A stretch of 63,924 bases of DNA, counting the filler, from Salisapilia sapeloensis CBS 127946 (taxonomy: Eukaryota; Protista; Oomycota): NCBI GenBank assembly GCA_023334545.1. It is 14 parts of 14 records of this genome, joined end to end, with 100 filler letters (N's around TTAATTAATTAA, not from the genome) between each part and the next. Parts side by side here need not be neighbours in the genome. Positions count along the whole stretch, not along the records: positions 7,077 to 12,365 come from JAADVB010000627.1; positions 12,466 to 25,223 come from JAADVB010000408.1; 12 more parts are not named here. The stretch is one strand, 5' to 3'. The translations under genes and the position numbers were made by a program. Under the pieces are notes generated by a model. The model was not told the DNA's origin. It searched no databases and worked only from the letters and a program-made list of their open reading frames with translations. The stretch's first letter is position 1. Every line of letters begins with the position of its first letter. Positions 10,531-21,722 of the stretch are shown piece by piece.

Positions 10531-12276
10531 ATGTACAACCGGGCTTTCCCACACGCAGGCGCGGCCGAGCCAGTCATGGTGCGCAGCCCTCGTGTCGACG
10601 ACAGCGCCGCGTTCCCGCACGCCAAGGAGCAGCGCTACACGCCCTACTCGACGGCTCCGATGCACCGGAGGCGGCCCAGCAGCACGCAGCTCCCGTCCGA
10701 CTCGCTCCAGTCCCTCGCATCGCTCGAGGCAGCGAGCAGTTTCGGCGCCGGGAGCACCGACAGCAGCGGACACGACTCGTCTTCGCCGTCAGACAGGAAG
10801 CTGCCGCAGAAAGAAGGACAGGCACTGCCAGGCGTGTCGGCGCTGCTGCGAGCCGCAGTGCCGAGCGCTTCGCCGGACCGAGCGGACGTCCCGGAAGCCA
10901 ACATGACGCCCGTGATGAACCAGACGTACGCCGTGGACCCGTGGAAGGCTGCGGCGGCGCAGACCGAGAGTCCGTCGGACGCGGCCTCCGTCGCGTACAT
11001 GCAGCCTCCGCGGTCGGCGGAAGCGTACCCTTCGTATCAGAACCAGTTTTCCCAGTGGCGTCCGCAAGGTCCACCGACGAGAGTCACGAGGGCGCAGTCG
11101 TACCACGACGATGACCCGCAGTACGCCTTCGCGCAACCCCCGGCAGCCCCTTCGCGCGCGCCAGCCAGAGCGCGACACGCTCGGCACTTTTCGGACGGCG
11201 CGCTCGTCTTCCAGCCGTTCGCAGTCTCGGACCACCAGCGGCAGTCGTCATATCAGGACAGCGACCTCTTGGCACACGCGCAACGCTCCTACAGCCTCGA
11301 CAGCTCGGACAGCAGCGGCGCGGGCGAAGCGCCAGTGGCCGACAACCAGACGCAGACGCCCAAGAACTCTCGGTATCTGCGCGAGATGGACCGTCGGAAC
11401 ATCATCTCGCGCATCGATCAGGGCGAGAAGCAGGCTGCGCTGGCCAAGGAGTATCAGGTCAGTCGCGCGGCCATCTGCAACTTGAACAAGCACCGGGACG
11501 AGGTCATCGCGCGCAAGGGCGAGAACCCGATGGCCAAGCACCCGAAGAAGCCTCGGTCGAAGACGGGTCGGAGCAAGGCCAAGTCGTCGAGTAAGGCCCA
11601 GTCTCCGGTGCTCACGTCCCAGAAGGAGGTGTCTGCCGGTCCTGGCATCCACGAGCTCCGGTCGCGCTCCGTGGCGCTGCTGCTGACGTCTCTGCGCAAT
11701 CCGGAGACGAGTCTGGCTGAGTTCCAGCGCTGCAGCGAGAGGCTGATGCGACTACTAGTGGAAGAGGCGCTGGCACTAGTGCCGATGCGACAGGTGCCGG
11801 TGTCGTCGGAGGAAGCAGTCAAGTCGGACGGAGTGGGCAGCAAGCACCCTCCGTTGGGCGTGTCGATGGAGCAGCAGCAGGTCGGCGGGTGTCCGATGCT
11901 CCGCGTCTTCCACGAGCTGGAGCCGGAGCAGCCGACGGGTTTCATCTCGCCGACGGAATGGCAGCTTCCTGGAGGACTGCAGAGCCACAACGTCTTCCTC
12001 TTGAGCGAGATGTTCCAGTCGGGCGAAGAGCTGTGTCGAGTGGTGCAGCAGCTTCTGGAGCGAGGCGTGACGCAGGACAAGATCCTGGTCGTGTCGCTGT
12101 TCACGCTGCCGGACGCCGTCTCGTTCCTCCACGCCCACTTCCCCCACGTCCGCGTCGTGACGTCTCAGATGGTCCAGTTCGGCCGCGACGACAGTCGTCC
12201 GGACTTTTCCCTGTCCGACGTGGACACCGTGTCGCATCGGTTCCAATACGTCTACGCGACTCGACAGACCGTCTAG
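10531..12276 (+). CDS. Disordered N-terminus + CENP-B/psq-type HTH + degenerate uracil phosphoribosyltransferase-fold domain
   Basis: 581 aa, intronless, GC-rich. HTH near 11371-11520 (RYLREMDRRNIISRIDQGEKQAALAKEYQVSRAAICNLNKHRDEV). UPRTase-like near 11641-12255 (LLTSLRNPETSLAEFQRCSERLMRLLVEEAL; LLERGVTQDKILVVSL; FPHVRVVT). Confidence 0.82.
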   Translation: MYNRAFPHAGAAEPVMVRSPRVDDSAAFPHAKEQRYTPYSTAPMHRRRPSSTQLPSDSLQSLASLEAASSFGAGSTDSSGHDSSSPSDRKLPQKEGQALPGVSALLRAAVPSASPDRADVPEANMTPVMNQTYAVDPWKAAAAQTESPSDAASVAYMQPPRSAEAYPSYQNQFSQWRPQGPPTRVTRAQSYHDDDPQYAFAQPPAAPSRAPARARHARHFSDGALVFQPFAVSDHQRQSSYQDSDLLAHAQRSYSLDSSDSSGAGEAPVADNQTQTPKNSRYLREMDRRNIISRIDQGEKQAALAKEYQVSRAAICNLNKHRDEVIARKGENPMAKHPKKPRSKTGRSKAKSSSKAQSPVLTSQKEVSAGPGIHELRSRSVALLLTSLRNPETSLAEFQRCSERLMRLLVEEALALVPMRQVPVSSEEAVKSDGVGSKHPPLGVSMEQQQVGGCPMLRVFHELEPEQPTGFISPTEWQLPGGLQSHNVFLLSEMFQSGEELCRVVQQLLERGVTQDKILVVSLFTLPDAVSFLHAHFPHVRVVTSQMVQFGRDDSRPDFSLSDVDTVSHRFQYVYATRQTV

Positions 12277-12465
12277 ACGTCGTAGCGTCCAACGTAGCGT
12301 GCCCTTGCATATTTATGCGAAAACATTCTCACGACCACTAAACACAAATACATCTCCGATAAAAGNNNNNNNNNNNNNNNNNNNNNNNNNNNNNNNNNNN
12401 NNNNNNNNNTTAATTAATTAANNNNNNNNNNNNNNNNNNNNNNNNNNNNNNNNNNNNNNNNNNNN

Positions 12466-12606
12466 TAAGCTACATTTCCATACTAAACAGATCCATTCAA
12501 GTAACGTGTGCATGACAAAGGTGGAGGAAAAGGACGAGCCATGGGACTTTGACAGTCTTTTAAATGAGGTCTCCCAGGAGCTGCAAAAGGACATGGAGGA
12601 GAAAGA
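12466..12606. repeat. 141-bp perfect inverted repeat with 25083-25223 (both ends of the same contig)
   Basis: The first 141 nt of the contig are the exact reverse complement of the last 141 nt; weak similarity continues about 30 nt inward. Confidence 0.95.
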
Positions 12607-12634
12607 AGATGCACAAAGGGCTGACATCGCCTAG
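12521..12634 (+). CDS. IFT43: Last exon of IFT43-like intraflagellar transport protein, copy A
   Basis: After a putative acceptor (...gacaaag): VEEKDEPWDFDSLLNEVSQELQKDMEEKEDAQRADIA*, which resembles the IFT43 C-terminal motif E.D..WDWD.LF.EVS.E. Confidence 0.55.
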   Translation: MEEKDEPWDFDSLLNEVSQELQKDMEEKEDAQRADIA

Positions 12635-12794
12635 GTCTTTATCGTGATCAGGAATAAACTGCATTTGGGTCTAAATGTAGATACAGCATTAAATATTTAT
12701 TACGTTTAATAGCACAAGAAGAAAAGAATTCAATGTATTTTATTTGTGGCATTAAGTGGAGAACAGCAGATCTGGACAAAACCAATCGATTGCC

Positions 12795-13904
12795 ATGGTG
12801 ACTACGAGGCGCAGTGCTGCTCTGGCGGAGCAGAAGTCCAAGACTGCCAATGCTGTCGATCCAAGTGCTTCCAAGAAGTCAGTGCGGTCGTCCAAGCGGA
12901 ACAGCGTAAATAGCAAAAAGCCGGTGACTAGAGCAAAGAAAGCAAAGCCAGTAGAGAAGCCGTCCGATGATGAAGCCTCGGACAGTGATGCGAACAAGGA
13001 AGAAGAGAATTCTGTTGCTCAGAAAAGCTTCGCCTCGAATGAAGAACAAAACGAGCAGGTGGACAGTGACGAAGAAGAGGATGCAGATGCACAAGTGACT
13101 ACAAACGAAAGGGAAGACGCAGAGGACAGTTCAGATGAGCCACAAGAGGAGAAAGATGACAAATCCGAGAGTGAAGGTGAAGCCGAAGAGAATCCCGCTT
13201 CGGACGAAGAGGAGCTTAACGCCGCTGAGGACCAAGAAGAGGGCACAATGGATGCCGTTGGGTTCGGTGACGCCATGAGCAAGATTCTTGGCCAGAATGT
13301 CAACACGGATGCTCCTCCGATTCTGGCGAAGCGTACGACAGCTCGGATGCGTGAAATTCAGAGCGAACGAAAGGAGGCAAAGACAGCCAAGATGAGTGCT
13401 GCTGAGAAACGTCAGCAGGAACGGAAAGAGATGGTCATCCCAGACCACACGACATTGGCTCAGGACCGAAAATTGCGCTCTATCGCGACAAAAGGTGTAG
13501 TCGCACTGTTCAACGCTATCGAGAAGCACCAGCATCATCGTGGCAAGTCGACGCAGAAGAAGGAGGAAGCAGGTAATTTCCTTACGATGATGTGTATGAT
13601 ATGTTTGACTGAAGGTTGTTTGAAAATAGTCAAGGAGATGAGCAAGGAGAGCTTTTTGGGCCTGCTCAAGGGCCAAAAATCTGCTGAAAAGGAGCCTTCA
13701 AAGGACAAAAGCTCGTGGTCGGTGCTGCAGGACGACTTTATGATGGACGCAAAGATGAAAGACTGGGACGGTCCGACGGTGAGCAAGAAGCGCAAGTCCA
13801 ACAAGGCCGCAGCAGACGTAGACGAAGAGGAGTCCTGGAGACAGATAGAAGACATGGATAGTGACGAGGAGCCGGCGAAGCGCGCGAAAAAGAGCGTTCA
13901 ATAA
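12795..13904 (+). CDS. RRP15: Rrp15 family pre-rRNA processing protein, one intron (13573-13629)
   Basis: Basic/acidic low-complexity N-terminus, then AMSKIL...PILAK...DRKLRSIATKGVVALFNAIEKHQ and KEMSKESFL...WSVLQDDFMM. Confidence 0.85.
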   Translation: MVTTRRSAALAEQKSKTANAVDPSASKKSVRSSKRNSVNSKKPVTRAKKAKPVEKPSDDEASDSDANKEEENSVAQKSFASNEEQNEQVDSDEEEDADAQVTTNEREDAEDSSDEPQEEKDDKSESEGEAEENPASDEEELNAAEDQEEGTMDAVGFGDAMSKILGQNVNTDAPPILAKRTTARMREIQSERKEAKTAKMSAAEKRQQERKEMVIPDHTTLAQDRKLRSIATKGVVALFNAIEKHQHHRGKSTQKKEEAGNFLTMMCMICLTEGCLKIVKEMSKESFLGLLKGQKSAEKEPSKDKSSWSVLQDDFMMDAKMKDWDGPTVSKKRKSNKAAADVDEEESWRQIEDMDSDEEPAKRAKKSVQ

Positions 13905-14388
13905 ATTTGTTTGCATACACCTTTTCAAGATGTCTGTGGCATGCTGTGTGTTTTGCCGACAAGAAGATGTCGTTTGAGTGCCATCGTAGGACTCGCGGTC
14001 GTCCGCCATAGTAAAATCCAGTGAACTTTCTGCCACGAACTAGATTTGTAACACATCGGTTGTAAATTGGTGTACTCTTTCGGAAATAAAAAGACACGAT
14101 CGACGAAGGGTAGAAGGCAAAAAAGTACGAGAACGCGCTCGGCAGCAGTCGGGCTGATAGAGAAGCGTGCGTCCTTTGACTTTTTGCATTTGTCCCACGT
14201 GTGTCTGTCCGTCTCTCTGACATTCGCGCAGACGCTCGGTTGCCACTAGATCAGGCGCTGACATTTTCCTTCTTTGCTTTCCACATATCAACTCGAGGCA
14301 CTTTGGACGTCTTTTCTTACATCAGGTATCCTGTCACAAGCTTCGAGTTTGCCATATCTGTCTCTATACTCACGTGCATACAGTTCGG

Positions 14389-17300
14389 ATGGTCAGTTAC
14401 GCCTCCAGTACGTCCGCCGAGGAGGAACTCTTCATGTCGCGTGCTCGGCACATGCCGTCTCAGGCCGGGATGGACGACGGCATGGACGACGTGTGGATCC
14501 AGTCGTCGAACCGCCGGAGGTGCGAGCGACCTGATTCACCGGACTTTGCTCCGTCCTCGTCGTCCTCGTCCTCCAACTTTAACTTTGATCCATCCGTGTC
14601 CAACATCAGTGACAAGTTCCCGTCGAGCCCGACGAACTTGAATGACTCGGGCTCTGGGTACGAGTTCTCGCGTCATTTCCACTGGAAGTCTGCCCCTACA
14701 CCGGTGGAGCAGAACGACTTGCCTGGACCGATGGAGAACATGTCCAAGTCCTATGATGCTGCCAGTCTTTTTGATCGTAGCGCCATGGACGGCATGCACC
14801 AGAGTGACGTTCGACCGAAAATCACACCACAGCGTCCGAATCGTAGTGCTAGTACGACGCAGAATGTCAGTAGTGACGACGCCACTCGTACACGTAGTAA
14901 TTCGTTCTTTGTTCCGGACGCAGATGCTTCCTTTAGTATTGGTATAAGTGACAAGAGTTCGTACGAAAAGAGTGGACGTCGACAATCCTTTCGCATGGCC
15001 AAGATGGATCGAGAGAAAGGTCTCGGGAGGAGGAACACGATGGATCCAGCAGCCATGTCGTGGAAAGACCAGACGACCCAGCCGACGCATGAAAGTTCGA
15101 TGGAGAATCAGGACACGCCCATGGCGTCCCCCGTGAAAAGCACATTTACAGGCACAGCACTCGGCCAGGAGAAACGTACAGAGGTGTCCATGGATGAGGA
15201 GCAGGACGGCGTGTCGAGACGATCGGCCGTCCAGTCGTTCCAAAAGGCGTTTGGTAATACTCCCTTTGACATCCCCAACACTTTCTCTACCGGCGTCGCG
15301 TCTCCAAAAGCCAAGCGGAAGACACGAACAGGTATGTTTAGCAACGGTCGACGAGCGAATCGGAGTCCGTTGAAGCCCATTTCGGAGAAGAGTCCGCCCA
15401 TTGCACCTGCCGTTGCTTTTGACGTCAAGAGCTCCCCGATGGAGACAGAGCCTACAGTCTCTGGACAAGGCACTCAGTCCTCTCCGATTACTTTTAGCGA
15501 TTCTCCGGTCCAAGTAGTGGAGAAGGACGAAGACATTCAAGCTGCGTTAGGCATCCCACCTCCATCCAGCACGAAATCCAGTCGCACCTTTCGCCATGCT
15601 TCGAAGAAGAAGAGCTCTCGCACCAAACCTTCTCGTAACGTAACGAGTGAACGTGCGGATCCTCGGCCGTTTGCTTTTGTACCGACAGAGCAAGAGGAGA
15701 AACCCGCACGTCGCATCCTTCGTGCGAACTCTGTTAAATCCAAAGGACCAGAGTGGACGGAGCTGAAGAAACTAGGAGGCAAGGCGTACCAGCAGCGAGA
15801 GTACGTTGACGCGGCAGACTTGTATCGACAGAGCTTGACGGTCTTGGAGAACAAGATGGAGACTGATCCAGACAGCGTGACGAGATCGTTAAAACAGGAT
15901 AAAGCCAAGCTCCACTCGAATCGAGCAGCAGCGTTGATGATGCTCATGCAGCTGTCGGAGGCGCAGCGAGAGGCAGAGCGATCGATCGAAGAGGACGAGC
16001 AGTACACTCGAGCGCACTTGCGTCTAGCGAGGATCCACGTGCTGCAGGGAGAAGTCGTGGGCGCGAGGGAGAGTCTAGCCAAGTGTCGTCAGTGGGCAAG
16101 CAAGGTGCCTTCATCTGTAGATGCGAACGACCAGGCGAGTATGAACAAAGTGCAGTTGAGCGTCGAGTCTCTGTCCGGTTTCTTGGCAGAAGTCAAGTGG
16201 GCGACAGACGTCCAGGACCACGCGACGGCGCTGCAGTTTCTCGAAAAGGCGCTGGTGATCTCTCCTTGCTCGAGATCGTTCCAGGTGCAGAAAGCAGAGC
16301 TCTTGATCGAGCAAAAGGAGTACGTGCAAGTCGTTCAGTACTGCGACTCGATTTTGAATAGGCATCGAGCGCATAATCAGAAGCTGCATCGACCGAATGG
16401 GGCGCTAGGAGAAGTCGAGCGTCCCGATGACGAGAGCAGTGGGTTGGATACGGAGGACGGGGAAAAGGTGGATCGAGAGGAGATTGGTATCTTGGGTATC
16501 GACCTCAGTCTCTTCCGAAGCACGTCGTTGTACTATCAAAACAAGGTGGAGGATGCCATGAAGCTTTTGAATGCCCTAGAGCTCGTGGCGCCTTGTAGTG
16601 CCAAGGTCATCCGAGTGAAGCATCGGTGGCAGGACATGCAGTCGTCTAAGCAGCAAGCGAACGAATTGTACAAGCAAGGAGAGTTCCAAAAAGCAGTCAC
16701 CATGTATTCTCAGGCGCTGCATCTGGACCCGATGCACGACGAGTACTGCGCTGTCATTTACTGCAATCGAGCCGCTGCCTTGATGTGTCTCAAGCGCTAC
16801 CACTCCGCTCTCTTGGACTGCGACGAAGCGCTGCAGCGTAAGCCTCGATACGTCAAGGCTCGATTACGTCGCGCGAGATGCTACGTCGCGACTGGCAAGT
16901 ACGAGAAGGCTGTGGGTGACTTTGACGCGTACTTGGAAGCAGACGTGTATCTGGATCGACGAAAGCGGATGGATATCGAGAGAGAGAAGGAGACGGCGCG
17001 CAAGTGCTGGATGGACGAGCGAGAGCACTTGAGACATCGGCGAGAGGAACGGCGAAGACAGAGTGCGCGCAAGTCGAGATTCGCGTGGGAAGGAACAAAG
17101 CAGTTTGATCCGAACGCGTCCTACTTTTTCCACGAAAGTCAGCGACAGCGAGCGCCGTATCGACCGAGGGTTGAGCGAAAGCAGACGCTGTATGACGTGC
17201 TTGGTGTCAAGCGAGACGCGACTTCTGCGCAGATTAAGAAACAGTATCGAAAGCTAGCTCTACAGCACCATCCAGGTAGATTTTCTCGGTGTATTCATAA

Positions 17301-17440
17301 TTGTTTAGAGTCTCATGTCTGAAGTAGATAAGAAAAGGGACGGCGTGGAAGTGGACGAGGAACTGTTCAAGGCCATGACGGCGGCATATACGGTGCTATC
17401 TGACGACGTGAAGCGAGCGCAGTACGACCGACAGCTATAG
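14389..17440 (+). CDS. TPR + C-terminal J-domain co-chaperone (DNAJC7/TPR2-like) with long disordered N-terminus
   Basis: TPR motifs (KAYQQREYVDAADLY, LHSNRAAALM, YCNRAAALM, KARLRRARC). The J-domain TLYDVLGV...QYRKLALQHHP|DK is completed by splicing intron 17276-17327. Stop at 17440. Confidence 0.88.
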
Positions 17441-17492
17441 TTGCACGGATGGCATCTCTAGATAGGCAATTTTACTTTGGGAAGAGGAACTT

Positions 17493-18191
17493 TTATTTGG
17501 CATGCAGATGACGATAAAACGATTGAATGACAGGCTGCATGTACAGCGTCTTGCGCACACGACGTTTGGACGAGAGGTATTCCTGCGTTTCTTTCAGTCC
17601 CATCTTGCGGTTGTACAGGAGCCAGCAAAATGCGATGGCTGCGGCACGGCCGTTGCCGGATTTGCAGTGGACGTATGTTCGGACGCCGGAAGAGGCCTTG
17701 TCCTCGATAAACTCCATCGCAGCCTTGATGTCGTCCAGAGATGGTTCTGTGTGGTCCTATGATACAAAGAATCAGCCTAAGCTTTAAAATGGTGGATTTG
17801 GTGGACGTACGACGGTGGGGAGACATAGCTGTTGAATGCCCAACTTTCGGTACTGGGCAACGGGACCGCTGTACTCGTCACACATGTTGATGACGGCACG
17901 CACGCCTCGAGCGTAGAGCTGGCTAACGTGGCCGCAGATTGCCATGGGTGCAGCTCCGAGCATCAAGTGCGAGTCGACGAGTACATAGTACTGATCCCGT
18001 CTGCTCCAGTACGTGAATGGCATCGTCGGGTAGAAGGCTAGTCTACCTACGACTCTCGCCACGGGTTTCGGAAGCTTATGACATTGGTACGCTGCATAGA
18101 TGAGTCCTATGGAAGCTACTACAAAAGGCCATCGAGGAACTTGATCAGGAACGAGCACAAGCGCTCTGTCAAGTACGCTGGAGCTGGTCAT
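17493..18191 (-). CDS. Dual-specificity phosphatase, PTPMT1-like, one intron (17757-17810)
   Basis: LMLGAAP...GVRAVINMCDEY...LPTV|DHTEP...YVHCKSGNGRAA (CX5R); N-terminal hydrophobic segment. Confidence 0.85.
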
Positions 18192-18301
18192 TCGCACTTG
18201 TTTCGACTCTTGTCAAAAGTTGCTAAAAATACACACCAAATGCACTAATTTTAAAAGAATGAACCAGGTCTATCTAAGAAATTGAAAAAAAGAATGCGAA
18301 A

Positions 18302-19477
18302 TTAATTGCTAACTGCCTGCAGCGCCTTGGCCGTGTACTCTGGCGACACGTCGTCGTACTCTTGCAGCAGATAGTTGGACGAATTGCGTTGAAGAAATTT
18401 GATAAAGTCCTGTAGACGGGAGGCCACAGGCTCCCGTTCCCGCTCTAGCATCGGCGCCGAGTTGACCAGCAGCGGCAGACGGACTATGGAAAAGATAAGC
18501 TCTGTGCTGTCTCAAAAGTAGAAGTATACGTACCAAATAGACGAAGAAGATGCTCTGCACCATATAACTGACTCATGGGTGTGTCCGGATGGTCTTCGCA
18601 TAGACTGTCGTACTGCGGGCGCTCCATGCGATACAGCAAGAGAGCTCCCAGCGCCTTGTCAAAGTACTCTTGCACGCCCTCCATAATGTTCTTCACATTC
18701 TATTGTCAAAAGGTGTTAGTTTTAAAGTAAGAGAGTTTCGTACATCGAATGTACCTGGTACTCCCGTTCATCCTTCTTGTCGTCACTCTTGACCTTGTCC
18801 GCTTTCGATTCCAAATAGGCTTTAATGATCTATTCCAGCAGTTCAAAAATGAATCTTCGAAGTGCCCTTGGAGGATTACATACCTGATCAACGTTGGGCT
18901 TTCTGGGTAGAGGAACGAGCTTGACTGGCTCATGACTCAGTCTTCTCCAGTCTTCGACGAGATGCTTTTTCAAGACGAACGGCATTTGAAGTGCCATCCG
19001 CTTCTCCCCACTTCCTCTTTCTTCCTCTGTCGGCAAGTCGTGCTCCTCCGTCGCCATCTCTGTATCACGCTTTAACTTTTGAAACGGACTCTGCTTGATG
19101 CTCTTATTGCTCTTGGCTGCTCCGCCAGGATGGATGCGTTTCCCCTTCTTCTTCTTCCGCTCCGTTTCCTGTGCTAGAATCTTGCTCTTTAATTCCTGCT
19201 GCAGTTTTCGCGTCTCAGCATTCACAGGTTCCAGTCTGTCGATCGTGACCCATTCATCCCACTTGGCATTCCACTTTTGGTAATGCAAGTAGTAGCTGAC
19301 CGTCGACGCTGTCGGCGCGTCTTTCGCGGACGCCGTGGACTTTTGTTTTTTCAGGGCTTTACTGGACTTGACGCCAGTGCCGTCATCGATCTTGCGGATT
19401 TTGGCGTCGTACAGCATGCCGCAGTGGTAGGCCAAGACGAGGTCATCGACGTTCGGAGCAAAGGTCTTGGGCGCCAT
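18302..19477 (-). CDS. MRG family (MRG15/Eaf3-like) chromo-barrel + MRG domain protein, 3 introns
   Basis: VLAYHCGMLYDAKI...YYLHYQKWNAKWDEWV; LKKHLVEDW...LPRKPNV; GVQEYFDKALGALLLYRMERPQY...YGAEHLLRLFVRLP. Confidence 0.9.
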
Positions 19478-19713
19478 CTCTTCCCGTTTGACGCTGGTGC
19501 CAAATGGTGTCGTCTCCGATCGGATTATTCTGAGACAGAACGTAGAGTTGAGACGGTTGGGTGTGAAGTGAAGATAAGTGAAGTGGCGATAAAGACAAGA
19601 CTTGTGATATCGACAAAGCGCGAGGTGGGTTCGACGACGTAGTGGACGGACCGACTGGAGCCTGTGACTCGGTGTACGTGATAGAAAGTAAATTAGGAAC
19701 AAGACGGTAGAGT

Positions 19714-20614
19714 ATGGAATCAAGTATCGAGCGAGAGCGGCCGGAGACGCCGACTGGACAGCCTGTACGTAGTGCCTACTAATCGTTTCGACTGTCCTTG
19801 GTGTCGATGATATCTGAATGCGATGCATGTAGGAATTAAAAAAAGCTAAGGTCGACCCTCAAGTCACTCAGGTATAGATTGTACTTGTATTTGTTAAAAT
19901 CCTATCTTTGTGTCATCAATGTAATAGGCATCAAAGGATGAAATGACGACGACGACGACGACGGATGGAACGAAAGAGGAGGAGGCACCAAAGGAGGAGA
20001 TTACCAAGGAGGAAGAGACGTCGACTTCGAAAGACGCGTTGGCAACAGGCGGCTTTGGTGGCTTTGCGACCAAATCCTCTGGCTTCCAGTCGTTTGCAAA
20101 CTCTTCTGGCTTTAGTACATTTAGCTCTTTCCAATCTTCTTCGGAAGGATTTGGAACGACTGTAAGCAGCAACACTTCCGAGGCCACACCTAAGAAAAAG
20201 GACAAAGAGAGTGTCCAGCTAAAGCCAACGGAAGTTGCGAACGGCGAAGAGGATGAAAAAATTGTCTTGGAACAACGAGCCAAGTTATACCGATTCGACG
20301 GGAAAGATTATCGGGAAGTCGGGGTAGGACCCATGCGGCTTCTAAAGAGTAAGCAAGATGGCGCTTCTCGAATCGTGATGCGCCGAGAGTCCCATCCGAG
20401 AGGTCCAGGCCTGGTGCTCATCCTGAACATTCGCATGAGTGCGTGTGTGGCAGTAGATGAAAAGACGGAGAAGTCGATGCTGCTGACGTTTGTGGACAAA
20501 AAGGAGGGCGAGGATGAAGTCAAACCAGTGACTTACTTGGTCCGAGTGGGCGAAGCCGAGCACCTGTCGAAGCTCAAGGAGCAGATTGAGCTCCACGCTC
20601 CTGAAAAGAAATAG
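19714..20614 (+). CDS. Ran-binding domain protein (RanBP1/Yrb2/Nup50-like), two 5' introns
   Basis: Spliced N-terminus MESSIERERPETPTGQP|ELKKAKVDPQVTQ|ASKDE; F/G/S-rich segment; RanBD EVANGEEDEKIVLEQRAKLYRF...EVGVGPMRL...RIVMRRE...LILN. Confidence 0.82.
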
Positions 20615-21722
20615 AAGCTTTCTCTTTTCTTAGATCTGCGTCATGTGGTTGCGTCATGGTATTTTAAGGTGTTAATTCTGCGCTTTTAGACGAAATACAG
20701 CAGATGCATTGACTGGAGCAGCTCGCTCGGCCATCGAGTGGCGATGGGGTGAATCACTTTTGAATTCTTCCCGCCGGGGAGAATGCCTTCGACCGACCGA
20801 CGCTTGTTGCCTTGTCCAATGGACCAACTTGTGAGAGTGCAATGATGAGATTGTGTGCTGATGGCTTGTACCAACTAGCCGTGAAGAGTACAATTTTTTA
20901 TAACACTATCACCCATAAGTTGAGCACTTGAATCTACAGGAGGGAGGATGACTTCATACTTTGGTCCGTGTTCTTGATTCGCGTCATCGCGATGAAATCA
21001 ACTCAAAGTACTGACCTCGACAACGGTATTTGTATATGTTTGTATACGACGCTTCCGATTCACGCCGACAGGATGCAAATGGGATTGTCCGGTGGTGATT
21101 GTATGGAAGCTAAAGTGTTTGGCAAACTTACTACGGATTCCTCTTCCGACATAGCAAGTGGGTAAATACCGACTACTGTGAGATGAAGAGGAGTCAACAT
21201 AGTGGCCAACACTCTGTATATCTACGACGCTTTTGTTGATGATATGAATTCTCATGCACCACTCTGAAAGGAGTCAATCTTTCATGAGGATAACCAATCA
21301 CCAATTTAATCAGATGAAACAAAAGGCCAGAGGCGATATGTCTATATGTCCAATTGATTGCTACGGATTAAAACAGTTATTCAACTTATCAACTGAATAC
21401 CCTTTTACAACCATGTTGATCGATACACCTGTGTTTATGAAGCAATCGACATTATTTCATATGAGAAGAGTGATGACAACCTTAGGATTCCCCTTCATGA
21501 CCGCTTCGGCGAACTGATGAATAATCCGCAAGTGATTGCCCTGACTTCTTCTGCATATACTTTTTTTCTTGGGAGCGATGATTTAATCTTATCCATACAC
21601 AGACCTGTTCTGAAACACCATGTAGATATCGGACTAACATGCATCACCATATGAGCTCCCGTTTCAATTCCAATACACTTTGCCTTTCATACTACTTCCA
21701 GACTTGGGTTCAGTTCTATTGC

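Noticed and set aside
18830-19828. 332-aa ORF start at 19828 for the MRG gene
   Set aside because: The first 117 codons overlap the promoter and first exon of the opposite-strand RanBD gene; family homology starts at ATG 19477
20780-21520. Possible intron-rich plus-strand gene between the RanBD and GH123-like genes
   Set aside because: Several GT-AG-like segments, but no stop-free model or recognisable motif; needs RNA-seq
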